Origin: Tagaea sp.
GTDB taxonomy: Bacteria > Pseudomonadota > Alphaproteobacteria > CACIAM-22H2
Length of the DNA: 64,000 bases
Reading direction: 5' to 3'
Assembly (NCBI GenBank): GCA_965279525.1
Contig: CBDIIB010000004.1
Span: 1,024,001 to 1,088,000, forward strand
Both the position numbers and the translations under genes were made by a program. Positions 52,228-64,000 of the stretch are shown piece after piece. The notes under the pieces were generated by a model. That model saw only the letters and a program-made list of their open reading frames with translations, ran no database searches and had not been told where the DNA came from. The first letter of the stretch is position 1, and the number at the start of each line of letters is the position of its first letter.

Positions 52228-53373
52228 CTACTCCGCCGCCTGGGGTTTGGCTTTCCACGAATCGACGTAACCGGTCCATTCCACACCGTCCTGCAAGAGG
52301 GCGACCTCGACCGCGTCGCGCGTGTCGATCATCACCGCCACCTCGTCGAGCATCTGGCCGCCCTGCGGGTTCTTCGCCGCGAGTTGGAAGGCCTTTGGAT
52401 GCGGTCCGTGCGGGAAGCCGCACGGATGCAGCGTCGCCATGCCCGGATGGATGTTGTCGCGGCTGAAGAACTTGCCGCGGTGGTAGAAGATGATCTCGTC
52501 GTAATCGTCGTTCGAGTGGAAGAACGGCACCTTGAGGGCGCCAGGATCGGTTTCCGCCGGACGCGGCGCGAACGTGCACACGACGAAGCGGCCGGCAAGG
52601 AACGTCGTGTGGGCCGACGGCGGCAGGTGGTAGCGGTGGCTCATCAGCGGGCGGAAATCGCGCCAGTTGATCTTCACCGGAGCGAGATCGCCGTGCCAGC
52701 CCACCGCATCGAGCGGGTTGTAGGGATACGTCATCGTCGAGATGCGCCCGCCGCGCTTGATCGACACGCGCGTCGGCGTCTCCGACTTCTGCGCCTCGAA
52801 AGCGGCATCGAGCTTCGGATGCACGAGGCATCCGGCGTCGAAGATCGCATGGCGGCCGACGAGCCCCTTCTCGGGCAGACGATAGGAGTCGTTCGTCGCT
52901 TCGATCAGCAGCAACGTCGTCGCTTCAGTCGGCACGAGCCGCCACATCGCCGCACGCGGCAGCAGGATGTAGTCGCCTTCCGTGTAGGTCAGATGGCCCC
53001 AGTCGCAGAACAGCGACCCCGCCCCCTCGTGGACGAACAGCAGTTCGTCGCCGTCGGCATTGCGCACGAGATCGGTCATGGTGCCCGCGACGCGCCAGTG
53101 GCGGAACTTCATCGCCACGTTGTGCATGACGGGCGTGGCATCCCACGGGCTTGCCGACAGCGCGTTCGCCTTGCGCAGGTCGAAGGCGCGGGGGCGAAGA
53201 TCGCCCTCCCAGTCGCTCCAGCCCGTCGGCGGATGCGAATGGTACATGTGCGCGGCCGGGCCGAAGAAACCCTCCTTGCCCAGTTCGCGCTCGTAGGTGC
53301 CCTCGGGCAGGTCGCAATGCGCCTGGCGCGAGGTGCGGCCCTCGGTCAGCGGAAAGCCGATCCAGTTCTTCAT
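52228..53373 (-). CDS. hmgA: Homogentisate 1,2-dioxygenase
   Basis: RNADGDE, DAVGWHG, HLPPSAH, PFFHSNDDYDE, HGPHP. Confidence 0.92.
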   Translation of the reverse strand: MKNWIGFPLTEGRTSRQAHCDLPEGTYERELGKEGFFGPAAHMYHSHPPTGWSDWEGDLRPRAFDLRKANALSASPWDATPVMHNVAMKFRHWRVAGTMTDLVRNADGDELLFVHEGAGSLFCDWGHLTYTEGDYILLPRAAMWRLVPTEATTLLLIEATNDSYRLPEKGLVGRHAIFDAGCLVHPKLDAAFEAQKSETPTRVSIKRGGRISTMTYPYNPLDAVGWHGDLAPVKINWRDFRPLMSHRYHLPPSAHTTFLAGRFVVCTFAPRPAETDPGALKVPFFHSNDDYDEIIFYHRGKFFSRDNIHPGMATLHPCGFPHGPHPKAFQLAAKNPQGGQMLDEVAVMIDTRDAVEVALLQDGVEWTGYVDSWKAKPQAAE

Positions 53374-53383
53374 GGCGTCCTCC

Positions 53384-54478
<1,095 letters not shown>

Positions 54479-54527
54479 TTCGTTTCTCCCGGGCGGATGC
54501 GGCTTGACGGCCGCGCGATCCGGTTCC

Positions 54528-54557
54528 ATTATTAGTTTCATATGAAACCAATTGCAA
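54528..54557. promoter_or_regulatory. MarR operator within the hppD promoter
   Basis: Perfect palindrome GTTTCATATGAAAC at 54535-54548 covers the marR ATG and lies between minus-strand TTGCAA and TAATAAT. Confidence 0.75.
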
Positions 54558-55006
54558 GCCCTGCCCCGCCGCCGCCCTTCGCGCTCGAGGCATTCGTGCC
54601 GTACCGCCTGTCGGTGCTGGCAAATACCGTGTCGGACGCGATCGCGACGCTCTATCGCGACCGGTTCGGCCTGACGATCCCGGAATGGCGCTGCCTGGCG
54701 GTCCTGTTCCGCTTCGCCCCGCTTTCGGCAAGCGAAGTGGCCGCACGCACGGCGATGGACAAGGTGCAGGTCAGCCGCGCGATCGCGTCCCTGGTCGCCA
54801 AGGGGCTTGCCCTGCAGGCAATCGACCGCGACGACCGGCGACGTTCGAAGCTGGCGCTGTCGGCCGCGGGACGGCGCATGCATGACGGGATCGTCCCGCT
54901 GGCGCGCGGCGCCGAAGCACAGCTGCTCGATGGCCTCGATGGTTCCGAACGCGCGATGCTTGACCGGCTGCTGGCCAAGCTCCAGGACCGGGCCGCGACG
55001 CTCTAG
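54542..55006 (+). CDS. MarR family regulator of the tyrosine catabolic operon
   Basis: FVPYRLSVL, FGLTIPEWR, MDKVQVSRA, DRR..L.L...G; divergent from hppD. Confidence 0.9.
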   Translation: MKPIASPAPPPPFALEAFVPYRLSVLANTVSDAIATLYRDRFGLTIPEWRCLAVLFRFAPLSASEVAARTAMDKVQVSRAIASLVAKGLALQAIDRDDRRRSKLALSAAGRRMHDGIVPLARGAEAQLLDGLDGSERAMLDRLLAKLQDRAATL

Positions 55007-56001
55007 CCCATCGTCGCGAGGATCTCGGCCGTCACCTGGTGGCGCAGCGGCCGGCCAGCGACCCACGATTCAAATTCCGCGATCGCGAGATCGGCCAGGC
55101 GCACGACCTCGTCGCCGATCGTGCCGCCGATATGCGGACTGATCACGAGATTGGGCAGCGTCCACATCGGCGAACCCGCCGGCGGCGGCTCGGGCCATGT
55201 CACGTCCACAAGCGCCGTCAGGTCGGGGCGTGCGCGGAGCACCTCGACCAGATCGGTTTCGACGACCTGCGCCCCGCGTCCGGTATTGATGAACGTCGCC
55301 CCCTCGCGCATCGCGGCGAAATGCTTCGCCGTCAATGTGCCGCGCGTCGAGGGCAGATCGGGGATGTGGTTGCACACGACCAGAGAACGCGAGAAGACCT
55401 CGTCCAGCGATACGGCCTCGATGTCGAGCGCCTTGGCACGCGCAGCCGTCAGGAACGGGTCACAGGCGATCACGCGCAGCGGATAGGGTGCTAGCACTTC
55501 GCGCAACCGTGTGCCGATCTTGCCCATCCCGATCATGCCGACCGTCTCGCCGTTGACGCCGGTCCGGTGGAACGCCTTCGCGGCGAACGTCTTTGCATCG
55601 CGATAGCCGCGCACGGCGCGGAAATAGCCGCGCAACGACAGCAGGATCTGCGCGAGACACATCTCGGCGACCGGGATCGCATTGACCTGCCAGGCACTGA
55701 CGAGGGCCACGCCGTTCGCCACCAGCGGCTCGGCAAAGGCGCGCACGTTGCCGGCCGCGTAGAACACCGCCTTCAGCTTCGGCATCGCGGCAAAGTGCCG
55801 CGCTTCGAAGCGGATCATGCCCCAGGTCGCGAAGATCACTTCGACGTCGGCAAGGCCTGCGGCGTGCGCGTCGAAGTTCCCGGCATGCACGACATGCGGA
55901 TAGACATCCGCCAGCGCTGCCACGCGCGCGCGCCGCCCTTGCCCGTACACGTCGCCGTCGGCGACCGGATAGTCGTGGAAGAATGCCGCTTTCGGCCGCA
56001 T
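55003..56001 (-). CDS. D-isomer specific 2-hydroxyacid dehydrogenase
   Basis: GMIGMGKIG, FINTGRG, DVTWPEP, SPHIGG. Confidence 0.9.
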   Translation of the reverse strand: MRPKAAFFHDYPVADGDVYGQGRRARVAALADVYPHVVHAGNFDAHAAGLADVEVIFATWGMIRFEARHFAAMPKLKAVFYAAGNVRAFAEPLVANGVALVSAWQVNAIPVAEMCLAQILLSLRGYFRAVRGYRDAKTFAAKAFHRTGVNGETVGMIGMGKIGTRLREVLAPYPLRVIACDPFLTAARAKALDIEAVSLDEVFSRSLVVCNHIPDLPSTRGTLTAKHFAAMREGATFINTGRGAQVVETDLVEVLRARPDLTALVDVTWPEPPPAGSPMWTLPNLVISPHIGGTIGDEVVRLADLAIAEFESWVAGRPLRHQVTAEILATMG

Positions 56002-56037
56002 GGACGCCCCCGTTCCGCGCAAAGATAGCGCACGCGT

Positions 56038-56424
56038 CTAGCGGCGGAACAGCGGCATCGCTCCGAACACCATCTGCCCGGCAAGCCCGAGCGCCTCCGC
56101 CGGCCCGGCATATCGAGACAGATGCTCCGCCAGCGAGCGTCCGAAACCGACATTGGCCAGCAGGAATTCGACGACCATCAACACGCCGAAGGCGACAAGG
56201 CCCATCGTGCCGCGCGCGTCGAACGTGGCGCCGGCATCGCAGCGGCGGATGGCGTAGCCGCACGCGACCCACGATACGCCGAGCAAGACGGGCAGCTCGG
56301 CCAGGACCGCCGGCAGCTCGCCGATGTGCGGCGCAACGACGAGCACGCGCAGCGTGCCGAGCGCGAACCCGGCCGCGAACACGATCGCGAAATAGACGAG
56401 CCCCGCGCGGACGGAATGGCTCAC
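56038..56424 (-). CDS. Hypothetical membrane protein (about 4 TM)
   Basis: YFAIVFAAGFALGTLRVL..AVLAELP; GTGA overlap with the DMT stop. Confidence 0.7.
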   Translation of the reverse strand: MSHSVRAGLVYFAIVFAAGFALGTLRVLVVAPHIGELPAVLAELPVLLGVSWVACGYAIRRCDAGATFDARGTMGLVAFGVLMVVEFLLANVGFGRSLAEHLSRYAGPAEALGLAGQMVFGAMPLFRR

Positions 56425-57308
56425 GCCGGCTTGTCCGCGCGCGCCCGGTTGGCGAGCACGATCCCGGCGATCACGCACGCAAGCCCGGCCATCAGGCGTG
56501 CCGTCACCGGCTCGGCCAGGAACAGTGCGCCGAGGATCGCCGCCGAGATCGGATTGAGCGACACGGTCAGCGCCACTGCCGAAGCAGGTGCCCGTTCGAG
56601 CGCCCAGAACCACAGCAGGTACGACGGCAGGCCGGCCACGAATAGCAGCCAGAAGACGCCCAGCCACTCGAACCCGGAAAACGAGACGAGGCCGCTGGCA
56701 TCGCCGCGCACCGCAAGGACCAAGCCCAGCACCACGGTCCCGGCCATCACCTGTACCGCAAGCACGGGAACCGCCGCATGACGGCGCAGCGCCACCGACG
56801 AAAGCACCGCATGCGAAGCACCCAGAAATGCCGCAAGCGCCATATAGAGATCACCGCGCCACGCCTCGGGCCCTGCGACGGCCTTGTCGCCAAGCGCGAT
56901 GACCACGCCGGCAAGTGCGAACGCCGCCCCTAGCGCCTTGGGCCAGGTCAGAAGCTCGCGCCCGAACAAGGCCGCGATGACCAGCGTCAGGATCGGCATC
57001 GTCGCGAGCACGACGGCCCCGCGCGCGGCCGGCACATAGGCAAGCCCTGCCGAGAAAAGCCATCCGAAGGCGCCGAACATCATCACGCCGAGTGCCGACA
57101 TCTGCACGAGCTCGCGGGGTGCGAAACGCACCGCGCGCACGCCGAACACGAAGGCCGCGAGGACGATTGCCGCACCGGCGCTGCGCAGGAAGGCGACCGA
57201 CGTCGCGTCGGACACGCCCACGAGCATGCGCGTGAAGACCACCGCCGTACCGCCGAGAATGCTCGCCGTCGCCGCCGCAAGGACCGGAAGTGGGATGATC
57301 GCGCGCAT
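56421..57308 (-). CDS. DMT/EamA family transporter
   Basis: Two EamA repeats, about 10 TM; PI..L...FGRE and NPI.A..LG..FLAE. Confidence 0.88.
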   Translation of the reverse strand: MRAIIPLPVLAAATASILGGTAVVFTRMLVGVSDATSVAFLRSAGAAIVLAAFVFGVRAVRFAPRELVQMSALGVMMFGAFGWLFSAGLAYVPAARGAVVLATMPILTLVIAALFGRELLTWPKALGAAFALAGVVIALGDKAVAGPEAWRGDLYMALAAFLGASHAVLSSVALRRHAAVPVLAVQVMAGTVVLGLVLAVRGDASGLVSFSGFEWLGVFWLLFVAGLPSYLLWFWALERAPASAVALTVSLNPISAAILGALFLAEPVTARLMAGLACVIAGIVLANRARADKPA

Positions 57309-57512
57309 TGTCGCGCTCGAGTTTGGCCCGTGGGCCCGCCGATACGCCAGATCGTCGCGCGCACTGCACCCATGCGTCGGACCCGAATCGCGGCCGGCGA
57401 CGGGCCCGGTCGCGCATGCTTCCTTCGGACGCCAGCAGCGCGTGCACCGGATCGGCGGATTCCCGAACATCTGAAAGCGTTTAGGGGGCATTGGCAGGGG
57501 CGGTCGGACGCG

Positions 57513-57540
57513 TTGCATGGGCGCTCGTCCGTGCTATAAC
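57513..57540 (+). promoter_or_regulatory. Putative sigma70 promoter of aroQ-accBC
   Basis: TTGCAT-N16-TATAAC. Confidence 0.5.
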
Positions 57541-57575
57541 GGCGCCGCGCCGCCCGGCCCTGCACGGAGAGTTCC

Positions 57576-58031
57576 TTGGACGCGAAGCCCATCCTTCTGG
57601 TCCTCAACGGCCCCAATCTGAACATGCTCGGCGTGCGCCAGCCCGAGATCTACGGCCGCACGACCCTGGCGGACATCGAGGCCGAGTGCCGCGCACTTGC
57701 CGAGGATCTCGGCTTCGCGCTCGAATTCCGCCAGTCGAACCACGAAGGCCAGCTCATCGACTGGATCCAGGAAGCGCGCCTGACGGCCGAGGGCATCGTC
57801 ATCAATCCGGGCGGCCTCACGCATGTGTCGGTGGCACTGCGCGACGCCCTTCTCGCCAGCGACCTGCCGGTCATCGAAGTGCACATCTCGAACATCCATG
57901 CGCGCGAGCCGTTCCGCCACCATTCCTACGTCAGCGGCATCGCCAAGGGCGTGATCGCCGGTCTCGGGCCGCAGGGCTACCTGTTCGGCCTCGAAGCGCT
58001 GGCGCGGATCGTCGATCCCGACCTCGAATGA
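57576..58031 (+). CDS. aroQ: Type II 3-dehydroquinate dehydratase
   Basis: [37 protein letters not shown]. Confidence 0.95.
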   Translation: MDAKPILLVLNGPNLNMLGVRQPEIYGRTTLADIEAECRALAEDLGFALEFRQSNHEGQLIDWIQEARLTAEGIVINPGGLTHVSVALRDALLASDLPVIEVHISNIHAREPFRHHSYVSGIAKGVIAGLGPQGYLFGLEALARIVDPDLE

Positions 58032-58513
58032 AACCCTCCAAGCCCGACCGAGCCATGCCCGCAAACAGCAACAAAGCCGAATTCGGACCCTCCGCCACGA
58101 CCGTGCGCCGTCTCGCCAAGCTCATGGAAGAGACCGGCCTTACCGAGATCGAGTACCAGGAGGGCGCCAAGCGCCTGAAGCTCGGCCGCGGCACCGTCGC
58201 GGCAGCCGCACCCGCCGCCGCTGCAACCGTCGCAGCCAGGCCTGCGGCCGCACCGGCGGCGCCGAGCGACGGCCCGCCGGCCGGTGCCGTCACCTCGCCG
58301 ATGGTCGGCACGTGCTATCTCGGCGCCGAGCCGGGTGCGCCTGCCTTCGTCAAGGTCGGCGACAAGGTGCGCGAAGGCCAGACGCTGGTCATCGTCGAGG
58401 CGATGAAGGTGATGAACCCGATCCGCAGCCCGCGCGGCGGTACCGTCGTCAGCATCGCCGTCGAGAACGGCGCGCCGGTCGAATACGGCGAAGTCCTGCT
58501 GGTTCTCGAGTAA
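58028..58513 (+). CDS. accB: Acetyl-CoA carboxylase biotin carboxyl carrier protein
   Basis: SPMVGT, EAMKVMN. Confidence 0.95.
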   Translation: MKPSKPDRAMPANSNKAEFGPSATTVRRLAKLMEETGLTEIEYQEGAKRLKLGRGTVAAAAPAAAATVAARPAAAPAAPSDGPPAGAVTSPMVGTCYLGAEPGAPAFVKVGDKVREGQTLVIVEAMKVMNPIRSPRGGTVVSIAVENGAPVEYGEVLLVLE

Positions 58514-58515
58514 CC

Positions 58516-59855
<1,340 letters not shown>

Positions 59856-59859
<4 letters not shown>

Positions 59860-60539
59860 GCGACCCGGCGGACGACGACGCGAAAGTGCGTACGGTCGCC
59901 GCCGAGATCGCCGCCACGCGCCGCGAGGCGGTCAAGGCGCTGCTGCGCGAAGGCAATCTCGCCCAGCCCGTGCTGATCTGGGATCCGCCGGCCGAAACGC
60001 TGCCCAGCGAGCAGCTTCCCCATCTGCGCCGCCACTGGGACGCGCTGCGCGCCGGCCACGACGTCCCGGCTTCCGACGACCTGAAGCCCGAGGATCTGGG
60101 TCGTGCGATCGGCTATTCGATCCTTGCCGACATCGAGCGCGACGGGCTCGACTTTCGCTACCGGGTCTTCGGCGAGAAGGTGGCACTCGCCGGCGGCGTC
60201 GACTGGACCGGACATACCGGCGCGGAGATGTCGGCACGCACCGGCCTGCCGATCGGCACGTTCTACCGGGCGGCCAACCTCGCGGTCGTCGAGCGCCGCA
60301 AGCCGTTTTTCACGATGCACACGGCCCAGGCGCGCGAGCGCACCGTGACATGGGCACGCCTGGCGCTGCCGCTGGCCGACTTGCCGGGCGGGCGCATCGT
60401 GCGCATCCTGGTCGGTGCCGTTCCCATGGACCAGGCGCCGCTTTCCTTCGCCGACATCTTCGCGATGAACGCGCGTCTCGGAATCGATCCGCTCGGTTCG
60501 GCCGCGTTGCCGGTACGTCCGAACAAGGACGGCGGCTGA
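59856..60539 (+). CDS. PAS domain protein (PAS_5/DUF1457-like)
   Basis: HW..LR....P...L.P, FRYRVFG, G.D.TG, W.RL.LPL. Confidence 0.7.
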
Positions 60540-60565
60540 GCCGGCGTTGTTGCGAGGAGACGGGC

Positions 60566-61207
60566 TTGATCACCACCCGCCTGAGCGTGCGCAATCTTGT
60601 CTGGGCCTATGCCAACGGCATCTTTCCGATGGGCCGGTCCGCGACCTCGCCGAAGATCGACTGGTTCGACCCCGATCCGCGCGGCGTGATGCCGCTGGAG
60701 GACTTCCAGATCCCGCGCTCGCTGCGCAAGACGATCCGCAAGGCGCCCTACGAGGTACGCGTCGACACCGACTTCGCCGCGACGATGGCCGGCTGCGCCG
60801 ACCGCGGATCGACATGGATCAACGACGAGATCCGCCGCGGCTATCTCGAGATGCACGAAGCGGGCATGGCCCACTCGGTCGAGTGCTGGAAGGACGGCGA
60901 GCTGGTTGGCGGCCTCTACGGCGTGCACATCAAGGCGGCGTTCTTCGGCGAGAGCATGTTCGCGCGCGCCACAGACGCGTCGAAGATAGCGCTCGTCCAT
61001 CTCGTGGCACGCCTGCGCGCGGGCGGCTTCCGCCTGCTCGATACGCAGATGGCGACCGATCACATGATGCGCTTCGGCGCCGTCGAGATCCCCCGCTCGG
61101 AATACCGCCGCCGGCTGGCGGTGGCGCTCGAAGGCGATGCGGTCTTCTACCGCGAGGCCGGCGCGGAAGTCCGCGAGGCCCTGCAGTCGATCACCCAGAC
61201 GTCGTAG
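60566..61207 (+). CDS. aat: Leucyl/phenylalanyl-tRNA--protein transferase
   Basis: AYANGIFPM, TWIN, AHSVECW..GELVGGLYGV, FFGESMF, ASKIAL; TTG start after GAGGAG. Confidence 0.94.
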   Translation: MITTRLSVRNLVWAYANGIFPMGRSATSPKIDWFDPDPRGVMPLEDFQIPRSLRKTIRKAPYEVRVDTDFAATMAGCADRGSTWINDEIRRGYLEMHEAGMAHSVECWKDGELVGGLYGVHIKAAFFGESMFARATDASKIALVHLVARLRAGGFRLLDTQMATDHMMRFGAVEIPRSEYRRRLAVALEGDAVFYREAGAEVREALQSITQTS

Positions 61208-61534
61208 ACCGGATGTTCGAGCGCCGAGACCGCCGGGCTCGACGCGAACATCCAGCCCTTGAAGACCTCGTTGACCGTCTCGGCCGTCTTGCGTTCGGAA
61301 ATCTCGATGAAGGCCGAGCTTTCCGGCGGCTCCTCGGGCGGGCGCTTGCGGCAGGCGCGCACGACGATGCTGAGCGGCCCGAACTCGACTGCCTGCCCGA
61401 CCGGTGCCTCGAGGCCGCCGCACACGGCCGGTCACCTTGTCGAGCGTCTGGAGGACGGCGACGTCCATGGCCGGCGCCTGCGCGAGGGCGACTGCGGTGC
61501 CGGCAAGAAAGACGAGGAGGGAAAGGACGCGCAT
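61147..61534 (-). CDS. DUF2155 periplasmic protein (1-nt insertion near 61415)
   Basis: Signal peptide, LDKVTGR, then in the shifted frame FKGWMFASSP.VSALEHPVYDVWVIDC. Confidence 0.85.
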
Positions 61535-61578
61535 GGCGGCGCTAGCCGTAGCGCGCCGCGTACACCACTTGCAAGCGC

Positions 61579-61864
61579 TCAGCGCGCCGCGTCGGATTCC
61601 TCGCCGTCGCGGCCGTAAACGGCCTCGAACCGGCGGGTCGCGTTGACGAAGCCCGAATGCTGCGGCACGCGCAGGCCGGGCTCGCGCAGCTGTGCGCGGA
61701 CTGCCGGGGCGGGCGTCTGGCGGTCGACTCCGGTGGCTGGTCAGGTAGATTGCCGCCGCTTGCCCGACAATCCCCACGAAGACCGCCACGCCGAGTCCGA
61801 ACATGGCCTGGCGGGTCGCCCTCAGGACCGTCTGCACCGATAGGATCTGCTGTCCGGTCTCCAT
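61579..61864 (-). CDS. Small single-TM hypothetical protein (probable indel near 61735)
   Basis: METGQQ..FGLGVAVFVGIVGQAAAIYL; removing one base continues with GC3-rich codons to DAAR-stop. Confidence 0.45.
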
Positions 61865-61966
61865 ATTCCGTCTCCCGTTCGCGTCGACGGCGCCGATTTG
61901 GCACCGAGCGACGAGGGGAGAATGGCGCAAACGGATACGGGCGCGCAGTGATGCCCGTCACATGCC

Positions 61967-62759
61967 CTATCGCGTCGATTCCGCCGGCATGGCGCGCACG
62001 ACGACCCGCGCGATCTGCCGTCCAAGGCAGTCATACACCTGGTCGGCCATGGCCGTGGCCTGTGCGGGCGTGAGATTGTCGAGCTGCATCTGGCCCGACT
62101 CGACCCAGTGGCGCATCACCTCGAAGCGCGGAAACAGCAGCACGTCGCGCCGCATGCCGATGCTGTTCATCGCGTCGATATAGGGCTGGTAGGCGATCAG
62201 GCGGGCAGTCTCACGCGAATATTGCGGCGTGACGAGCATCACGTCGGCGCCGGCCTGGACGATGAGGTCGATGCCGGACTGGAGATGTTCGGAGAACGAC
62301 TCCACCTCGCGGTGGCGCATCGCCTCGGCCGTGCCGGTTTCCCAGATGACGATGTCGGGCTTGAGTCCGAGCACGTCCGCCGGCAGGCGCCGGACCATGT
62401 TCTCGGCATCGTCGCGCGCGCGTCCGCGATTGTGGACCTTCACGTCGACTCCGGGCAGACGGCGGCGCAGATCGGCTTCCAGACGGGCGGGCCACGCGTT
62501 CGTCTGCGTACTGGCACTTTGCCCGAGCGTAGACGTCGAGCCGAGCGCCACCACGGTCAGGGTCTTGTCCTTCGAGACGCGCCTGACGACGGCCTTGAGT
62601 TTCGGCATCGTCGACGAAAACCGCACCCGGCACGCGGCACGCTTCCGGCATTCCACCCGGGGCCGGTGCCTGGGCGCGCGCGGGCGCGACCTCCGCGAAA
62701 AGGAAAAGGAGGGTCGCGACGACGAAGATGTACAGAACATTCCCCGACCGCATTTTCAT
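61967..62759 (-). CDS. Secreted SGNH/GDSL-like protein (indel near 62610)
   Basis: Signal peptide and CRVP in one frame; VVALGSTST, AWPARL, N.G, PDIVIWETGT in the next. Confidence 0.78.
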
Positions 62760-63904
62760 CCCCGGCCCCCGTCCCGCGGCACTCCGGCGCGGGCGGACTT
62801 GCGTTCCTTGCTCCCAAGACAATACCCGCGCCGCCCCCAAGAGCAAGAGGCATCCGCCGAACGTCACCAGCCGCCTGCGTCCCAATACTGTAGCCGAACT
62901 CCAGCAGCAGCGAATGCCCGGAGACCGAAAGGAAGATGCCGAGGCAGAAAACCTGGCAACGACTGCTGCCCGCACAGGACGATGGCGCCGGCGATCCGGC
63001 CCTCGAGCCAGGCGGCCGTGCGCGGCACCGTGCCGACGACGACAATCGCCAGCGCCAGGAAGCTCGCCAGCCGCAGAGGGCCAAGGTCGGTCTTGCTCGC
63101 GAACTGGTAGGCGAACTCGGCGAAGCTCGGCGGCACGCCGTCGAAGAAATAGCCGATGCTGATCCACGCGCGCACCGGCACGATCGCCACGAGGAACGCC
63201 GCCGCGGCAAGGAACACGGGCCGCGGAACGCGCACGGGCATCTGGATCACGCCGGCCCGCCAGCCGCACACCACGCCGATCACGAAAAGGAACTGCCATG
63301 CGGCGGGATTGAAGAACCAGACGCCGTCGGGATAGGCGCGCGGGTTCATGGGCACGAACGGCACCGCCGCATAGACTGCCGCCGACAGCGCGACGAATCC
63401 CCAGCCTGCATGGCGCAGCACCGGCAAGGCCACCGCGAGCCCCGTCAGCAGCACGATGTAGAGCGGCAGGATGTTCATGAAAAGCGGCTGGTGGGCCAGC
63501 AGGAGCGCCTGGAGGATCGCCACGTGCGGCTCGTCGAGGAACGATGCGACCTGCATTTCCTCGATGAACAGCGAATTCTCGAAACGCTGGGCGGTCCAGC
63601 TCACCTGTGCCGTGTAGATGACGAAGAGGAAGATGTGCGCGACATAGAGCGTCCAGCAGCGCTTGAGCACCTGCGCCATCGCATAGGCGTTGCCTTCGCG
63701 CTGCGCCTCTCGGCCGAAGACAAGGGCCGCGGCGTACCCCGACAGGAACACGAAGATCTCGGCCGCATCGCAGAACACGAAATTCGCGAGCGTCAGGTAC
63801 GAGAACGCGTTCTCCGGGATATGGTCGATGAAAATGAAGAGCAGGCCGAGCCCGCGGAAAAAATCGAGACGCAGGTCGCGAACCGGCTTTTTCCCCGCGT
63901 CCAT
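62756..63904 (-). CDS. opgC: OpgC family glucan succinyltransferase-like membrane protein (about three indels near the 3' end)
   Basis: RDLRLDFFRG, FIDHIP, DAAEIFVFLSG, NILPLY, WFFNP.AWQ, KTDL..LR, GQQSL.VF. Confidence 0.85.
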
Positions 63905-64000
63905 CCGCGACGGTCCCGTCCGCTCAGTTCTTGGGCGCGCCCTGTGCGTTCTCGGCGGAATTGAACATGAATTTGCCGAGCATCTGGACGAGATTGACCG

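Noticed and set aside
57309-57512. Possible ncRNA or riboswitch between the DMT gene and aroQ
   Set aside because: Only short GC-rich stems; no recognisable family motif or terminator
62211-63299. Apparent OpgC-SGNH fusion frame
   Set aside because: Explained by indels; removing one base near 62813 gives an opgC TGA overlapping the SGNH ATG

Overview
High-GC alphaproteobacterial chromosome segment, probably Rhodospirillales-like (inferred from gene content and a tRNA-His with encoded G-1 and C73). It is mostly core and metabolic genes. These include a SCO protein, a 7-PAS hybrid kinase, malonyl-CoA decarboxylase, nnr, tRNA-His, glnB-glnA with an NtrC site and sigma54 promoter, ohr, an orphan flagellin, parE, a TPR-GT41 glycosyltransferase, a DEAD-box helicase, PBP1A-amiC-rne, M48 peptidase-DsbA, a MarR-regulated hppD-hmgA-FAH-maiA operon, aroQ-accBC-aat and opgC-SGNH. 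Several genes carry small indels (glnA, PBP1A, a transglutaminase-like gene, and four genes in the last 3 kb), most likely assembly errors. I found no transposase, integrase, phage gene, rRNA or CRISPR array. Unexplained structure, in order of interest: (1) At 37170-37404 two tandem modules 135 bp apart share an IHF-like core and the same repeat geometry but use different repeat words (GTCAAC versus GTCTC/GTCGC); they sit in a small lower-GC islet ending at a REP doublet. (2) A DUF925 nucleotidyltransferase gene lies between perfect 37-bp inverted REP-type palindromes and reads through them in frame. (3) There is a Cys-less LOV-like domain, a probably catalytically dead GGT lipoprotein, and twin pentapeptide-repeat paralogs flanking glnBA. 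All calls come from reading the sequence by eye; no database searches were run.
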